A stretch of 43,919 nt of DNA from Schizochytrium sp. TIO01 (taxonomy: Eukaryota; Protista; Bigyra: Labyrinthulomycetes). Location of the stretch: contig SMSO01000015.1 of the NCBI GenBank assembly GCA_004764695.1, positions 1-43,919 on the forward strand, in the 5' to 3' direction. This document shows positions 22,552-35,718 of the stretch, one piece after another. The translations under genes were made by a program, and so were the position numbers. How positions within the stretch are numbered: position 1 is the first letter of the stretch; every line of letters starts with the position of its first letter. Under the pieces are notes generated by a model. It made no database searches and was not told where the DNA came from. It saw nothing but the letters and a program-made list of their open reading frames with translations.

Positions 22552-25500
22552 ATCTTTCGCAAGCATCTAGTTATATCTCTTGCCCATTCGTGCAGAGCTG
22601 GCCTGACAGAGCTAAGCTACACACAGAAACTCCGATGCACCGCAATCGAACAATCCAAGGTACAGAATAAAAAACGAGTAAATTCTTATCAAAGTACCTT
22701 CAGTTGAAGAAGACAACTCGATAGGTAGGGGTATCAAGCTTAGCCCTCAGCCTGAACTTTCAAACAAGTTAGGCTTAAGGAGAGATGATCAAAAGCCCTC
22801 TTCATGTTCGGACGATAGCACGTGTACGCTGCTCACCTCGCTAGACATTATTGCGTGCATGCATGTCATCATCGACAACCTTATAATTCATGTCATTGAG
22901 AAGGGCCTCTTTGCTTGAATTTTGCTGCACTGATGAAGACAATACAAGAACAAGGTATCAAGTACCTAGGCAGTCGACAAGAACGATCATGTGGATGTCT
23001 TCCGACCTGCTTATTTTGCTATTGGCGGGGCTCTTCTTAGAAAAGGAGCAGATGCCATCAAGAGTAGATTTGCTTTCGCTGTCGCTGCACACACTCAATC
23101 TCACACTTAGCTCTTGCATGTTCAAGTACCTAAGTAGGTACTTACTATGATGGAGCAATCAACCTGAGCATTTTAAAAGTCAGCTTTTACAAAAGTAAAA
23201 AGTCTCGAAACAAGCCAATTCACGGCAACTTAAGCTACTACTAGTAGAGGTATATAGGTAGGTGGTATTTATCTAGCTACGCCCCTACCTTACTTAGTAG
23301 GGACATACAAACCGGAGTTCAACTTGCTCGTGCCGGTTAGGTTGTACTTGTTACCAGGCCACGGAGCCATCATCAGCCAGGATGAAGATGTCTTCAAGCT
23401 GGGGACTTTGCTCTGGAAAGCAGGCGGGTGTCGGGATTCATAGTAGGTTGCTGTATGCAGCATTAATAAGGAGTACAAAAACAGGGTCACAAGATTGAAG
23501 TTTGAGTCGCTCGGCTACGTGAGTAACCACAGAAAATTGATAAAGGGTAGGACCTCTATGGTGAATTGTAAGTCATCGTTGATTGGTGATTGAAGGATGC
23601 GGACAAGGATATTTGGAGGTGACAGAGACACTTCAATGATAATGAGCTGATCAAGAACCTCGAGAGCACCTGGTTGCAAAATTAAACTAGATACCTACTT
23701 TAAGGGATTGTTTTAATTCGAGTTTCTATCCGTGCCCAAAGGATTAGTAGGAGTGTCAGGTATTCTGGTTGTTCGTAAACCAACGGGAAAAGAAATATGT
23801 CCTTTGTACGACCATACGAAAATCACTCAATTGGCAGCTGTGCTACGACTCAATCACCATGTTGGGAAACCTACAGCACGTCCTGATTGTGAAAAATGGA
23901 CAGGTTGAACAGGACAAACTCAAGCAATAATTCCGAGGCTTCACACCAGAAAGTTGTTGCGCCTAAAAGCACGGTCTTTAATGTCTGGAGATGATTCATT
24001 ATTCGACTCTATCTCAGCAGGAACCCACTGGGCTAAAGGAAACCGTCAGCAAACTTGAACGTCAAATGTTTCAACAATTTTTCTATATTGGAACCTTTAG
24101 AACGTTGGTAAACTCGTTCTCGGCAGTTCTTGACCGAGCGCCTTTGTGGCATTCAAGTAATACATCATTCTCGCATTTGGTACCTACCTACCTACCCACC
24201 TACCGTCGCTAGCGAATCCTGCACATCGATATCATATCCGCAATCCCGGCACGCTTTTTAATTCGTTTAAGGCCATCCCAAACAAAGTATTGTGCCGAGA
24301 AAGAGCTTCGAATTATTGTTCAACCTGATACAAAAAGATGAAAATCTTTCAAGATCGTTGCATTTTCTTTTTTCTTTCTTTTCCTTTCTTGCATTCTCAA
24401 CGCTTTCTTTTCTACCTTTTCTTTCTATTCTTTCTTTCAGTAAGTAGATACTAGGTATCAAAGGCATATCTATGCCTTTGATAGTACATATAGCTTATTC
24501 AATCAAATGATCAGACTTATATTATACTCTTCACGGAAACAAGCTACTACCGTTGTCGCATGATTTTGCATTGATTGGCAAGCGTTACACTTTGGTACTC
24601 TTCATCCTCGAGGCGAACTTCATGTTGAGCTAGATTAGAATTTTTGTTGTTTATGTTATTGTGGAATAGAACTGCTTTCATTTATGGAAGTACCGTGCGT
24701 GAACCATGATTGATCTGCAAAAAATGAACTATTCTAGCAGCTGTGAAGCACATGTGCCGCTTCCTACGAAAGAACACATGGCAGAGCTCTTATGCTCACA
24801 TGTATACAGGTTCCCAAACCCTACACACTCTTTGGCAATCAACTTTGAGGGTCTGTTCGTATTTGAGAGAAGTCCTTTTGAAGTTTGCAATCAATTCTGG
24901 CGAGCTTTTGAGTCCACAGTCGTCAATAATATCAAGCCTTTACGCAATTGTTATGCTACCTTGGATTGAACTGAGCGGCAAAGGATATTAATTTAGCTCT
25001 ACTTTACTGAACTCGCAGCTTGACTAGTATATATAATCTATAAGTACGGAATTACCTACTTTCATACATACTTTTATAAACCAGCAAAGCTTGAATTCGT
25101 GTCTGATCCGTTTGATATTACTTAACAACAGCTTGCTTCGTTCTGAAGGAGATGAGTGAAGACCACCTGAAATCAATCGACACTTGATGTCATGATCACA
25201 TTAGGAAAGAGGGAAGTACGTGGGTAGGTACGTAGGTATTTACTTACCTAGCAGCTTAGACTCCGTACCGGTAAAGAGCCCAGATATTATCAGTAAAACG
25301 AAAGGTTTACGACTAGGTAGCGTCGAGATAGATACCTGCAACTTTGTGTTTTTCAAGTCTATCATAGATGGCTGGGGAGAGATCTCAGACCGTCACTTAC
25401 CCTGGAGTAGCTTTCAGTTGATAAACACTCGGTTCGTTGAACGCAATCTGACGTAGACTCTGTTGAGTGATGCCTGCAAAGACCCTTTAGAAAGCAACTG

Positions 25501-25585
25501 GGCAGGGGCAGCAAATCATCAATGCGGAGAGAGGCCTTGCAGGAATACAAGAGCGGAAAGGGATTGCACCAGGTACGCTAGAAAG

Positions 25586-27280
25586 ATGACGAAGATGCCA
25601 AGGCGATTGGCAGCCAGAGTGATCCTAGGATGCGCAGGATTTTGGGTTCTGAGCAAAGCCGTTTGTTATCTGATATTTCTGGTTCGTACTCATCGCATGC
25701 TTAAGCGATTGCCATCGTTAGGGTCTGATCCGAACCAGGAAGCTCTAATCTTTGGATGGCCGGCCAGCAAAGAATTCTTGCAGGGCAGTTCGACCATGCG
25801 TGTGTCTCTAGACAGCTTTCGGAGAAATCTACTTGGTGGGTTGCGACGTAGGCTTGAGCGAGACCCAGAACTTCGAGCAAAGGGCGTGTTGAATGTATGG
25901 ATGCTTAATTCGCGCATTGCTACAAAGATACCTAATATGCTTAATTTGGTAGTGGTCCATGGTCCACAAGAAGTCCGTGAACTTCTCTCTGCAAAGAATC
26001 TTGACAAGTGTGTTAAAGGCCAAGCATACGAAGCCAGCGCTCCACTAATTGGTCGCAGCATTCTTGCTACGTCGGGCCAGGAGTGGCACGAACAGAGACT
26101 AATTTTAGAGCACGGATTTAAGGATGAGCTTCTTCGTAATGCACTCGAGGCTGCCACTGAATCGGTGCAACAATTTGTAAATAAACTCTCCCAGGTTGCT
26201 GCCCGAAAAGAAACATTCGAAGCCTCAGAGGAAACTCTCAAGCTTACCATGGATGTACTAGGTAAATTCGCATTTTCCTATGACTTCAACTCTGTTGCAG
26301 CACCAACTACAAACGATGCGCCTCTGTACAACTGCTTCCAGACGATTCTGAGTACACTGAACTACCGTGCAACAATGCCCCCTTTGCAACTTCTTAGTAG
26401 GCTTCCGCTACAAATGAACATTGACTTCGACGAAGCAATGCGCAAGCTCAATCATCATGTGCGAGAAATTGTGAAACTGCGTCAGCTTACTAGAATACAA
26501 GAAGATATTGGATTAGTGGAATCTACCTCACCGCGAGATTTGCTCGATGTTATGCTATCTACAGCTGTACCGGGGACCGATCATAGGCTTTCTGAACAAC
26601 AAGTAGTAGATAATATTCAAACAATGCTCTTTGCGGGGCATGATACTACTGCAAATGTACTAACCATGACACTTTACCAGCTTGCCGTCAATGATCAGAC
26701 GTATGTTGCCCGTCTTCGTGAAGAGTTTGAACAAGTTCTAGGGACCACAAACCCATCTGCAAACCCAGAGTTCGATGATTTGCAAAAACTTACATTCATG
26801 GATGCTGTGCTCATTGAAGTCATGCGGCTACATCCACCAGCAGCATTTACACGCCGTCCCTTGGAAGATATCAATATTGGGGGCTATGAAATTCCCAAGG
26901 GTGTCGAAGTGGTTGTATTTCCTAACCTTACTCAACGTGATCCGGCCATGTATGATCGCGCTAACGAATTTGTTCCAGAAAGATGGATTTCTCGTCTCGA
27001 AAAGGATAACTTGCCACTCAAAACTGAAGTTGCTGTGCTCGGTCGGCACTTTGCATTCTTACCTTTCAGTCTTGGTGCGCGAAATTGCATCGGGCGAAGC
27101 TTAGCAGCCAATCTTGAGCTCAAGCTTGCCCTTGTCAAGCTATTACAGAGTTTCAATTTCGAACACCAGCCTGGTCCAGACTTTCAAGAAGACCCTATAA
27201 TATGGCTTACCCTCAACCCATGTCCAATCCACCTTCTCCCTATTCCGAGAAATTACACTGCGCCAGAGGTGTCCAAATAA
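25586..27280 (+). CDS. Cytochrome P450 (CYP4-clan-like motifs)
   Basis: N-terminal TM segment, I-helix MLFAGHDTTA, EVMR (ExxR), FVPERW, heme motif FSLGARNCIG. First ATG at 25586. Confidence 0.93.
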   Translation: MTKMPRRLAARVILGCAGFWVLSKAVCYLIFLVRTHRMLKRLPSLGSDPNQEALIFGWPASKEFLQGSSTMRVSLDSFRRNLLGGLRRRLERDPELRAKGVLNVWMLNSRIATKIPNMLNLVVVHGPQEVRELLSAKNLDKCVKGQAYEASAPLIGRSILATSGQEWHEQRLILEHGFKDELLRNALEAATESVQQFVNKLSQVAARKETFEASEETLKLTMDVLGKFAFSYDFNSVAAPTTNDAPLYNCFQTILSTLNYRATMPPLQLLSRLPLQMNIDFDEAMRKLNHHVREIVKLRQLTRIQEDIGLVESTSPRDLLDVMLSTAVPGTDHRLSEQQVVDNIQTMLFAGHDTTANVLTMTLYQLAVNDQTYVARLREEFEQVLGTTNPSANPEFDDLQKLTFMDAVLIEVMRLHPPAAFTRRPLEDINIGGYEIPKGVEVVVFPNLTQRDPAMYDRANEFVPERWISRLEKDNLPLKTEVAVLGRHFAFLPFSLGARNCIGRSLAANLELKLALVKLLQSFNFEHQPGPDFQEDPIIWLTLNPCPIHLLPIPRNYTAPEVSK

Positions 27281-28131
27281 TATTTTGACCACAGTCCCCT
27301 CGTGATTTGACGTGTACAAGGCTGCTGGCTCGAGAAAAAATGATTCTTCCTGATGATGAACTACTCTGCTCACCTCCTTGATCTTTATTTACAACATATT
27401 GATAAATTGATCAAATAGAGGAGGAAAATACACCAGAATATCAGGCATTAGGAATGGCGAGTTCTCCCAGCAACTCGAGCTCTAGTTACATCCTCCGCAA
27501 TTTCTTTAAATAAGATTTAGAAAAGAGTTTATTATGATTTCTGAAGATTTGACCGAAGTGGTAGCATCAAATTTAACTCACCACTTCTCGGTCTCTGAGT
27601 GGGAATTCTACTGGCCAAGTCTGAACTCCCTTTATACTAAATAAAGAGCTGGCTTATAGCTCCATGGAATAACTCTCAACATCGAATTCACAAACTCGAT
27701 GATCCGATGTTTGTTTTGGAGAGAGTTATTACGAGGAAGTTAAATTTAAATTTCTAGTAGTAACTCTGAAAGAAACACTATAAGAAAGAACCACGCTTCT
27801 CCAAGTGCCGACCTAGTTTTATAGGGGTTATAGACATGAATTTAGTCTAAATGTTCAACGAATACGGAGGGGGAGGCCAGTGTTTGAATTTGGAGTACCT
27901 TGGTATTTTCGTTTCACTCTATTTTCTGTTCCTGCAGTATATGTAGGTCGTTTTCTTTTCTCATTTCAAGAACTTAAAAGTAGCAAACATAATATGTAAT
28001 CTCTATAAAATCTTATCTAGGTCTACGGTAATACCAATGCATGGATGTCGCCTGTGTTTTAACTTTAGATGGTTACCTCATGACTCAAAGGATTGCCTTG
28101 AATGAAAATAAACGTGACAAATGAGATCACT

Positions 28132-30470
28132 TCAAAGTTCTCCACCCTTCCTCTGAGATGAATCATTACTGCTATTGCTATTCTGAAGTCGACGGAGGGC
28201 AGTTAGACGCGCAGATCTACGACGCAGAGCAGCTTCAGCAAAGCGAGAAGAAGTACTGGCGCCAGCTACTGTATCAGTAGCAGATCGAGGTCTATCAGTT
28301 TCAGATTGAGCGCGGGGGAAATTCGGCTGCCTTCTTTTATTTCCAACGCGTCTAACTATAGGCGTCACACGCGTTAAAGTGGTGCGGTTACGAGTTCCTG
28401 CAGAAAAGAGGGATTCAGCTGGTTGTAAATCTTGAGCGCCATCGAGCAAAGACAGTGGTTGCGAAAAGCTGAAATTAGGTCCCACGAGATCTTCTGTGAG
28501 CAGTGGAGTAATCCTTTCTAAGAGGCTGTCCCGAATGCTCTCAGAAACACTTGATTCCCAGTAGTTGCGCAAGCGATTTGCACGAAGCTTCTGCCAAGCA
28601 GCCTTGACCATTTCACGTTCTCCCTGAATGGTATCGAACATACCAAGCATATTATCTCGACGTGTAGAGTGCCGACCGCCGCACATTCCCGTGTGCATAT
28701 GAATAGGACTATCTGGAATTGCGAGACACCAGGCACAAAACTCACAACCGCACACACATGTAATGGCAGGACACCCAGAAAATTCATCGAAAACAAGTCC
28801 GCATCGAGGACAAAATATGCAAAGCATACGATTCTCGATGTAATGGACATGTTCATCCAGAGTGGAGGGTTGTTGATCTTCCAAAGTAATGTTGCGGCGA
28901 TCTTGTTGATATCTGCGATAGTGGTTGTTTGTTCTGTCACGTTCGTTCATATGCATAGGACGTCTTCTGCGCGCTTCTATGCCAAGATGCATGGCAAGTC
29001 CATCCCCATGGTCGTATCTACCGTCACCAAGTCCCGCCAGAAATCCTGTATGAGGTATTATATGCTGACGTAATTGTTCGGCTAATCTGAGGGTAGTCGC
29101 ATGGGATCTTTGAACCTCATCAAAAGTTTGTCTTTGCAAGGCATGCGAGCGCTGCTCTGCATCGTCAACGGCAAGAGATACAGTCAGATCTATGAAAGTC
29201 AACAGATTCTCACGAGGCAACACCATGACAATTCTATTCTTTGGTAGTCTCTCCTGACACATTTCTCCCAAACAGCGCATGCTGCCATGGAAGTCAAACT
29301 CAACATGTGTACCAGGCTGGTTTGCAACACGTAAAGCATGTCCAACGCAGTCCCCGCATGTGCGATGGCCTCGACAACACGTCAGAGAGCAAGAGTCATC
29401 TGATTGTGTAAGACAGATTACGCACGTACGCGTACGTCCCGACGTTTCTCCTGGTTTCGATGCGAGGGCGCACGTTTGTCCTCGCAGCATTTGTCTTATT
29501 TGTAATAGTTTGATGCGTTCCCCAACAACATCTTCGCTGTTGTTCCTGTAACTATTCAACTGAATAATTGATTCTAAACGTTGTTGTAAATCCTGATTGA
29601 CACGATCAAGATCTAGTCTATGACTCGCTCGCAATTCTTGCACAAGTTAGTTTGAGATTCGAATGTTGGATAGGCTAAGCGCTCAACTTACATGACAGTT
29701 CTCAGTGAGATCCCATGTTCCTCAATACTGTCAATCAGCTCTCGGGCTGCGCTTTCAGAGTACTTGTTTCCATTCAGTCTTTTTGAAGCAGATCATTAAT
29801 TACATTTAATATATCCTGGTTAGCTGCAGCTGTTCATATGAGTTTTACGAAGACAATAGAAGGAACGTACTGGAGTTCTGTTAGAAACATCAGTTGCGGA
29901 ATAACAGATCTTATAGATTGCAGACCAGCATCACCAATCATGTTGTTATTAAGGCTATACTCATCCGATCATTATTTGTTGTTAGTTTTTGTAAATGTAG
30001 TAGTCAGTTGGTAGGTACAATAGACTTACTTGATTACCTCAAAGAAAGCCTCTGCGTTCGAACGCAGGGCATTGCAGAGGCTTGCTGCGCCAGCATCAGT
30101 GATGCGATTACCTGACAAGCTAATTAAGACAACAAAGTGTATAATGAGATGTGAGTCAACGCCTCGTAAGAAGATCATTTGCCTTCGTAACAAGTTATTC
30201 ATTGGCAGAAACTTACTTTATGAACTTGATCGCACGACTTGATGTAATCGCAGGAATGATTTTATGAATATCCTCATCCGTGATATCTAAGTTTTGCAAC
30301 CTGCACAGTTAGCTCGAAACAGTCACTAAGTTAGTCATATGTAGTGCACAAATTAGCTTTCAACCTGTTTAAGGCCTAGTTCGCAATAACGCTGGGCCCT
30401 GAACGTACTGGAGCTCGTTGTAACCGTGCTGAAGGCCGTCTATGGCTTGTTGAATACGGGCTTGTGACAT
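28132..30470 (-). CDS. LRR + RING1 + Rcat-like (RBR-type E3) protein, ~630 aa. Exons 30409-30470, 30217-30300, 30030-30119, 29871-29954, 29692-29778, 28132-29617
   Basis: All introns GT-AG and phase 2, frame continuous. LRR exons include NLSGNRITDAGAASLCNAL, NLNNNMIGDAGL and QLNGNKYSE. The last exon has CVIC...CCRGHRTCGDC...C...C and CPRCGLVFDEFSGCPAITCVCGCEFCAWC. Confidence 0.8.
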
Positions 30471-31412
30471 TGTTTCTGACGCTGCTTTGGAAACCTTGCA
30501 ATCGCAGATGCGGGCGTTGTTGTTCGTCCTTCGGGAGCCGACTATTTGCAGTGCTTGCGTTCGTGCACAGTCAGTCGTCGTTGGCCGAGACGGTGCGCGT
30601 CTGAGAAAGTCTGCCTGAGGACTCTACCTTCGATTGGTTTCGGATTTGCTGAGCTTTCTTTCCCAGTTCTGCGATCAGCTTTCTCTGATTTTGGGCCTAC
30701 TTATGAGTTTTCCTACTAGTATACTCCTTAGTTTACCTTCCTCTAGATGATACCTATAGAAGTGTTAACATTGGTTATTTTTAATTTCTAAAGAAAAGTA
30801 GTATTTAATGAAGGTACCTAGATACCTACGTATTAGTACTAGCACCTTTATGTCACCTCTGAGCTTTTTTCAAATTTTATTTTTTCAAATTTTATTTTTT
30901 AATATCCTGTATCATACATATTAGTTATATATGAATGTAAAGCAAGAAATAAATGTATATGATTGTTTTTAATCAATGTCAGAAGTAAATTAAAAAGTGT
31001 ATTAATTATGCTACTATATAGGTTTCTTTTCTACTTTAAGAGTGCTAAAAAATTCGTGATCCTTGGCAGAGAATGAGGATCGAGGCAAATCGAAGCGCTT
31101 ATAGTACGTTGACCCTAGGGTTACCGCGGGGATTCTGATGTCGAGTTCGTGAATGAATGAAAGAAAGAAAGAAAGAAAGAAAGAGAGAAAGAAGACCTTA
31201 TTAAAGGGCTAATATATACCCTAATATTAATTCGAAGCGGATTGGGGTTTTTGATTTATTTTAATGGATAGATGTCATTCTATAATGCCTTCACCGACGC
31301 TCTGAGGGACACTTTTCTCACTCTCTCTCCTTTTCTCCTTTAAAAAACAAGGGCTCTCAGATGCTGAATACTTTATTTATTATTAAAATTAATGTAGGTC
31401 CTACCAAACTAA

Positions 31413-31716
31413 CCTGCATATAGTTGTGTGTTGCACCTATCCAAGCTTGGATGGGATATTACTATTAAGATAAGCTTTTCAGAAGAGGGGGTACATAAGG
31501 GTCTTGACGCATTATCACCGCAGGTAAAAGAACTCGCCTAGCACTGAGCAACATACATGTCTTGCCTGCATATAGTTGTGTGTTGCACCTATCCAAGCTT
31601 GGATGGGATATTACTAATAAGATAAGCTTTTCAGAAGAGGGGGTACATAAGGGTCTTGACGCATTATCACCGCAGGTAAAAGAACTCGCCTAGCACTGAG
31701 CAACATACATGTCTTG
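31413..31716. repeat. Tandem duplication, 2 x 152 bp
   Basis: 31413-31564 and 31565-31716 are identical apart from one substitution that I could see (actattaag vs actaataag). Confidence 0.92.
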
Positions 31717-33402
31717 GTACAAAATAAAACAAGCACGGGGCAAGGAATATGGAGAAAATAATATGGTGAGCAGCTTTTGGTTAGGTGGCACACTTGTCCT
31801 CAGTCGGTTTTTAATATGCTGCAGCGGGTTTTATCTGAAACCTGCGATCTAGCGAGCTTGCACTACTAGTAGTAGATACCTCTAGAGGTACAGGTAACCA
31901 TATTACTACTATACTCTTAAAGGCGTGAAGTACACCCCTCCAAGTCTGGATGTTCATATAAAGTATAATGTAGGTACACTAGTAATGGGTCAGTATGGAA
32001 ATCTTTGCATTTGGGATAGCACGCAGCCATCCAAGCTTGGAGTAGTATGTTCTTCAAAATAGAAGTTTATACTATGAATCATGTTCCGCCCGCGTTCTCG
32101 GTTGCTTTCACTGAGGGTACATGTCTGGAATGACATATTATATGCAAGGATGGAAATACCATATACTCAGTTGAAGTCATCTGATGTAATTAATTTTTTG
32201 ACGTGTAATAAAAAACGGGACCTAAATAAAATTCCATCTCGAAAATTGGAAAAACTTGCTGAGCATCAGATTAGCTAAACTGGATTGGAATTGGTATCTT
32301 GAGAAACAGCAGTAATCTCATTCTTGTTGCTGCACAACAACTGAGAGCTAAATAAAATAGCTAACATAGCATTCGTGGTAAATGCCGCAATGGGAAACAG
32401 AAATTGTATTTTCCAGAGCTTGAAGTAGCAGTTTGAGAAGTATGGATCCAATTCACTGTGGACTACTACCAATTCAGATTAGAAAACGGTCTCATTAGTT
32501 TGAGATGAGTGTAAGTAACATCCAGTCTTGCAGATTGTGATATTTGTAATCACTCATCGAAATCAAAATCATGCATTCTCGTAATTTCCATCTTCCAAGA
32601 CCTAAAGCATGCAAACGCGAAAGCAAGAAGTATAACATAAGTGTATCTTTCCAACACTGTTGCCTTTACGATCTGAATGTTTTATAGAACAGAATTGTGT
32701 CTATGTCATCGATAAAACAGGTCACTAATCCTACGCATGTTCTGAGAATTAAGTATGTCTTTACTCGAGCCTTGACCTAAGCAAAACTATTCTAAACTCT
32801 TAGCGCTACCTATCAAAAGCAGAGAGGCATCTTAATTTCGCCAACCCTTGACAATTGCTTGGGTGGAGGTGGGAACTCATAAAATAGGTCACATTGCCTT
32901 TGATAGTCTATCATAAGTAGCGACATGTACTCAGCCATGAAATCGTTGATCTTCACATGTAAAAGGAACATGATATGAAAAATACCAGGTAGTAGTCCTA
33001 ATAGCAGCTAACCTAGGCAACTAGTAATAGCAAAGGAGGCACAGAAACGGAGTCAAAACACTTTTGCTAGAGCAGAACAGGCAGTCGACAAAACACTGAG
33101 ATAGCAACGAGCCCTATTCCTGTGTCGTCAACCCCTTCTCCCCCCCCTTGCATATACTGGTGTATGGACTGGTATACGTCTCCCGTAGAAAGAAACCCGA
33201 GAAGGGCTGATAAATCTGCTGGTTTCGTTAAGCTCCGTTCGCGTCATAGAGGAAAGCAAAACTTGTGCGCGCAGATCAGGCAACAACTACAGAGAATCCG
33301 CCTCCAAAAACGTCTAGGGCAACCTTTTGCACGATAGCAACAGATACAACTGCCTCTATAGCGTACAAACAACAAGAGGAACTATATCTAAGACTACTAA
33401 AA

Positions 33403-34793
33403 ATGGTCCGCGTAAATTCGCTTGGAGAGGCCCTCGAGGTTATTCATAACAAAAGTGCTGAAGAGGCAGTGTACGTTTTCCCTTTTTTCTTGTAATTTGG
33501 ATTTTCGGATAGGGAAAGCTTCCTCTAAAATTATGGTAACAGTCTTCAATTTGTGGAACTTGACGTCGAGGAAATGCAAGAACTTGCATCGCTTCTTGAA
33601 AAGGAAAAATTATTGAAAAGCCTATGGTACGTTCTCTTTCTCGCACGTAGATGTCTCATCTAAGCAAACCAAAGCGGGTTCATTGATTTGTATCATCGAG
33701 AATAAGCTAACTTTAAATTTATTGGAATATCACATCATAGCCTCTCCCATATCAGTATGGGTCCAGAAGGTGGGCGTGTGCTTGCAAATGCCCTAAAAGC
33801 GAACGCCTCCCTGGAAACACTAAACCGAGTTCCCTTTTGAGGTGTCTCACTACTGTGCGACAGTTAACCAAGTGTTAATCAACGTGTATTGATATGGTCT
33901 TTTTTAGATTATGGAGCAACGATCTCAGCCTGCGCGGCTTATGCGCAGTTGCTGACGTCTTGCGAGTGAATATTTCATTGAAACCCCTGAGGTAAGCAGA
34001 AGGCGATCGTATATTCAAAGATTCGCATTCCTCAAATTGGCTACTCACTTGCCCTATGAAATATATGCGCTTACTCTACCACTTTCAGCATTGCAGATGA
34101 CCCTGTCTGTGCTGAAAGTGCAGTCGCACTTGCAAATGCATTGCGTGATAATACAACGCTGCAGTCTTTCGCGTAAGTTCAACTCCAGCGTGAAATGTGC
34201 AATAGCCCTTTACTTACTTTTCAAAACAGTGTTTGGAGCAACGAGCTTGGGGCCGAATCAGCAATCAAGATTGCTGAAGTCATTCAGTTCAACTCAGTCC
34301 TAATAGATTTAAAGTAAGTACTTGATGCCCCCTTGTTATTCTACGGATCACTAACAGTAGCCCATGGATGGTCTTTGATGTGTTCATCATGCAGCCTTTC
34401 CCGAGATGAGCCTGGGCCCAGGGACGCAGAAGTTATTGCAGGAGCTTTTAAATTAGATAGATCTCTGCTCAGCCTTGAGTAAGTTTTACCGTGAAGGGAT
34501 TTTGGGTTTTCCACCTGACTAACCCAAGACTAATCTCTATATGTCGCTCTTTATTTACTAGTATATCATGCAACAATATCGGCAACGAAGACACCAATGA
34601 GCTTGCAAAAGCCTTGGCAGAAAACGCCTCGTTGAAGTCTTTACAAGGCGCATAGATGACACTATTAAATTTTTGGCATGGGAAAATGCGCAAACTATTT
34701 GCTAACCTATTTATCGTACAATGGGATTACTTCGAGCGGCGGATGTGCTCTTGCACAGGCATTGCGGATCAATACAGGATCAGAAATCTTGGT
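33403..34793 (+). pseudogene. LRR-only (RI/NLRC3-type) gene of 84-nt exons, probably decaying. Exons 33403-33470, 33543-33626, 33741-33824, 33908-33991, 34089-34172, 34230-34313, 34395-34478, 34562-34645, 34710-34793
   Basis: Eight 84-nt phase-2 LRR blocks (MGPEGGRVLANALKANASLETL, VWSNELGAESAIKIAEVI, ISCNNIGNEDTNELAKAL, LSYNGITSSGGCALAQAL). The donor at 33825 reads CCGAGT. The 34646-34709 intron lacks both GT and AG, and there is an in-frame TAG at 34653. Confidence 0.7.
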
Positions 34794-35718
34794 GTACGTT
34801 TTGAGCAAGCACATATGCATGGTTGAATTCTCCTCATCACTTTGCGTGTCGTTGCTCTGTTTGATTCTACAAGCACTTTGAATAATAAATTGCAGAGCTG
34901 TAGCCTTTTGCCTTTTGGAGATTGGTTGGGTCAACTTGTGGCAAATATATGGCTCTTTGTATAAAAGTCCGTCGATTAATTGCTAGTAGTAGATCTGAAT
35001 ATATGGCTTAAGAAAGTGAAGGAGGAAACCACTTTGTGAGGGTATAAATAAGCAGAAGAACCTGGCAGACTCATTACAGCGTCCTACAGTGGTGGGAATG
35101 CAAAAGCTTTTGGTCAGAGCTTGCTACTTATATATATGTTCTATTGTGTAATATTACATAGACTAAAACAAAGATTATATCCTATTTCGAAGTAATGTTC
35201 AGCTAGGTGCCTTACCCTACCTCAATTTAAACTAACCTAACTCTACAGCCCGACACTCTTTGCCTCAACATGGTACATTCATCCTAGAACATCAAGAACC
35301 AAGTCTCATCCTTTTTACTTTCACCTTCGTCGACAGGCTTCACTTCATTACTTCATCTGAGTTCGCCATTTTCTTGTCAGACTACCTATGTACACTCTAC
35401 TACACAAGCTAATATGCAATTACCTGTAAAGAGTACGTAACGATTTCGGAGAAAGTGTTGTGTCTGTGATACTACACTGGTCCTACGTTTAATGAAGTCC
35501 TTGTGCAAAATTAGAAAAGCGCAAAACTCCACAACCTTCGTGTCGTAGTGTCCAAAGATTGATGGGAGCGTGTGCGAGGAAGTTGCGTATCCCAGGCTCT
35601 CTGATGGTAGATTGGAGCAGCGATCAGATGCCCCAAAATATAAATTGGTTGCAAGGAGGTGTAAAGAAATGGAAACAAATCGCCAGATTTAGAGTTGCAG
35701 AGATTCGTTTATTTTTAA

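Noticed and set aside
22800-25000. Short ORFs of 60-90 aa
   Set aside because: No recognisable motifs, codon bias or consistent exon structure.
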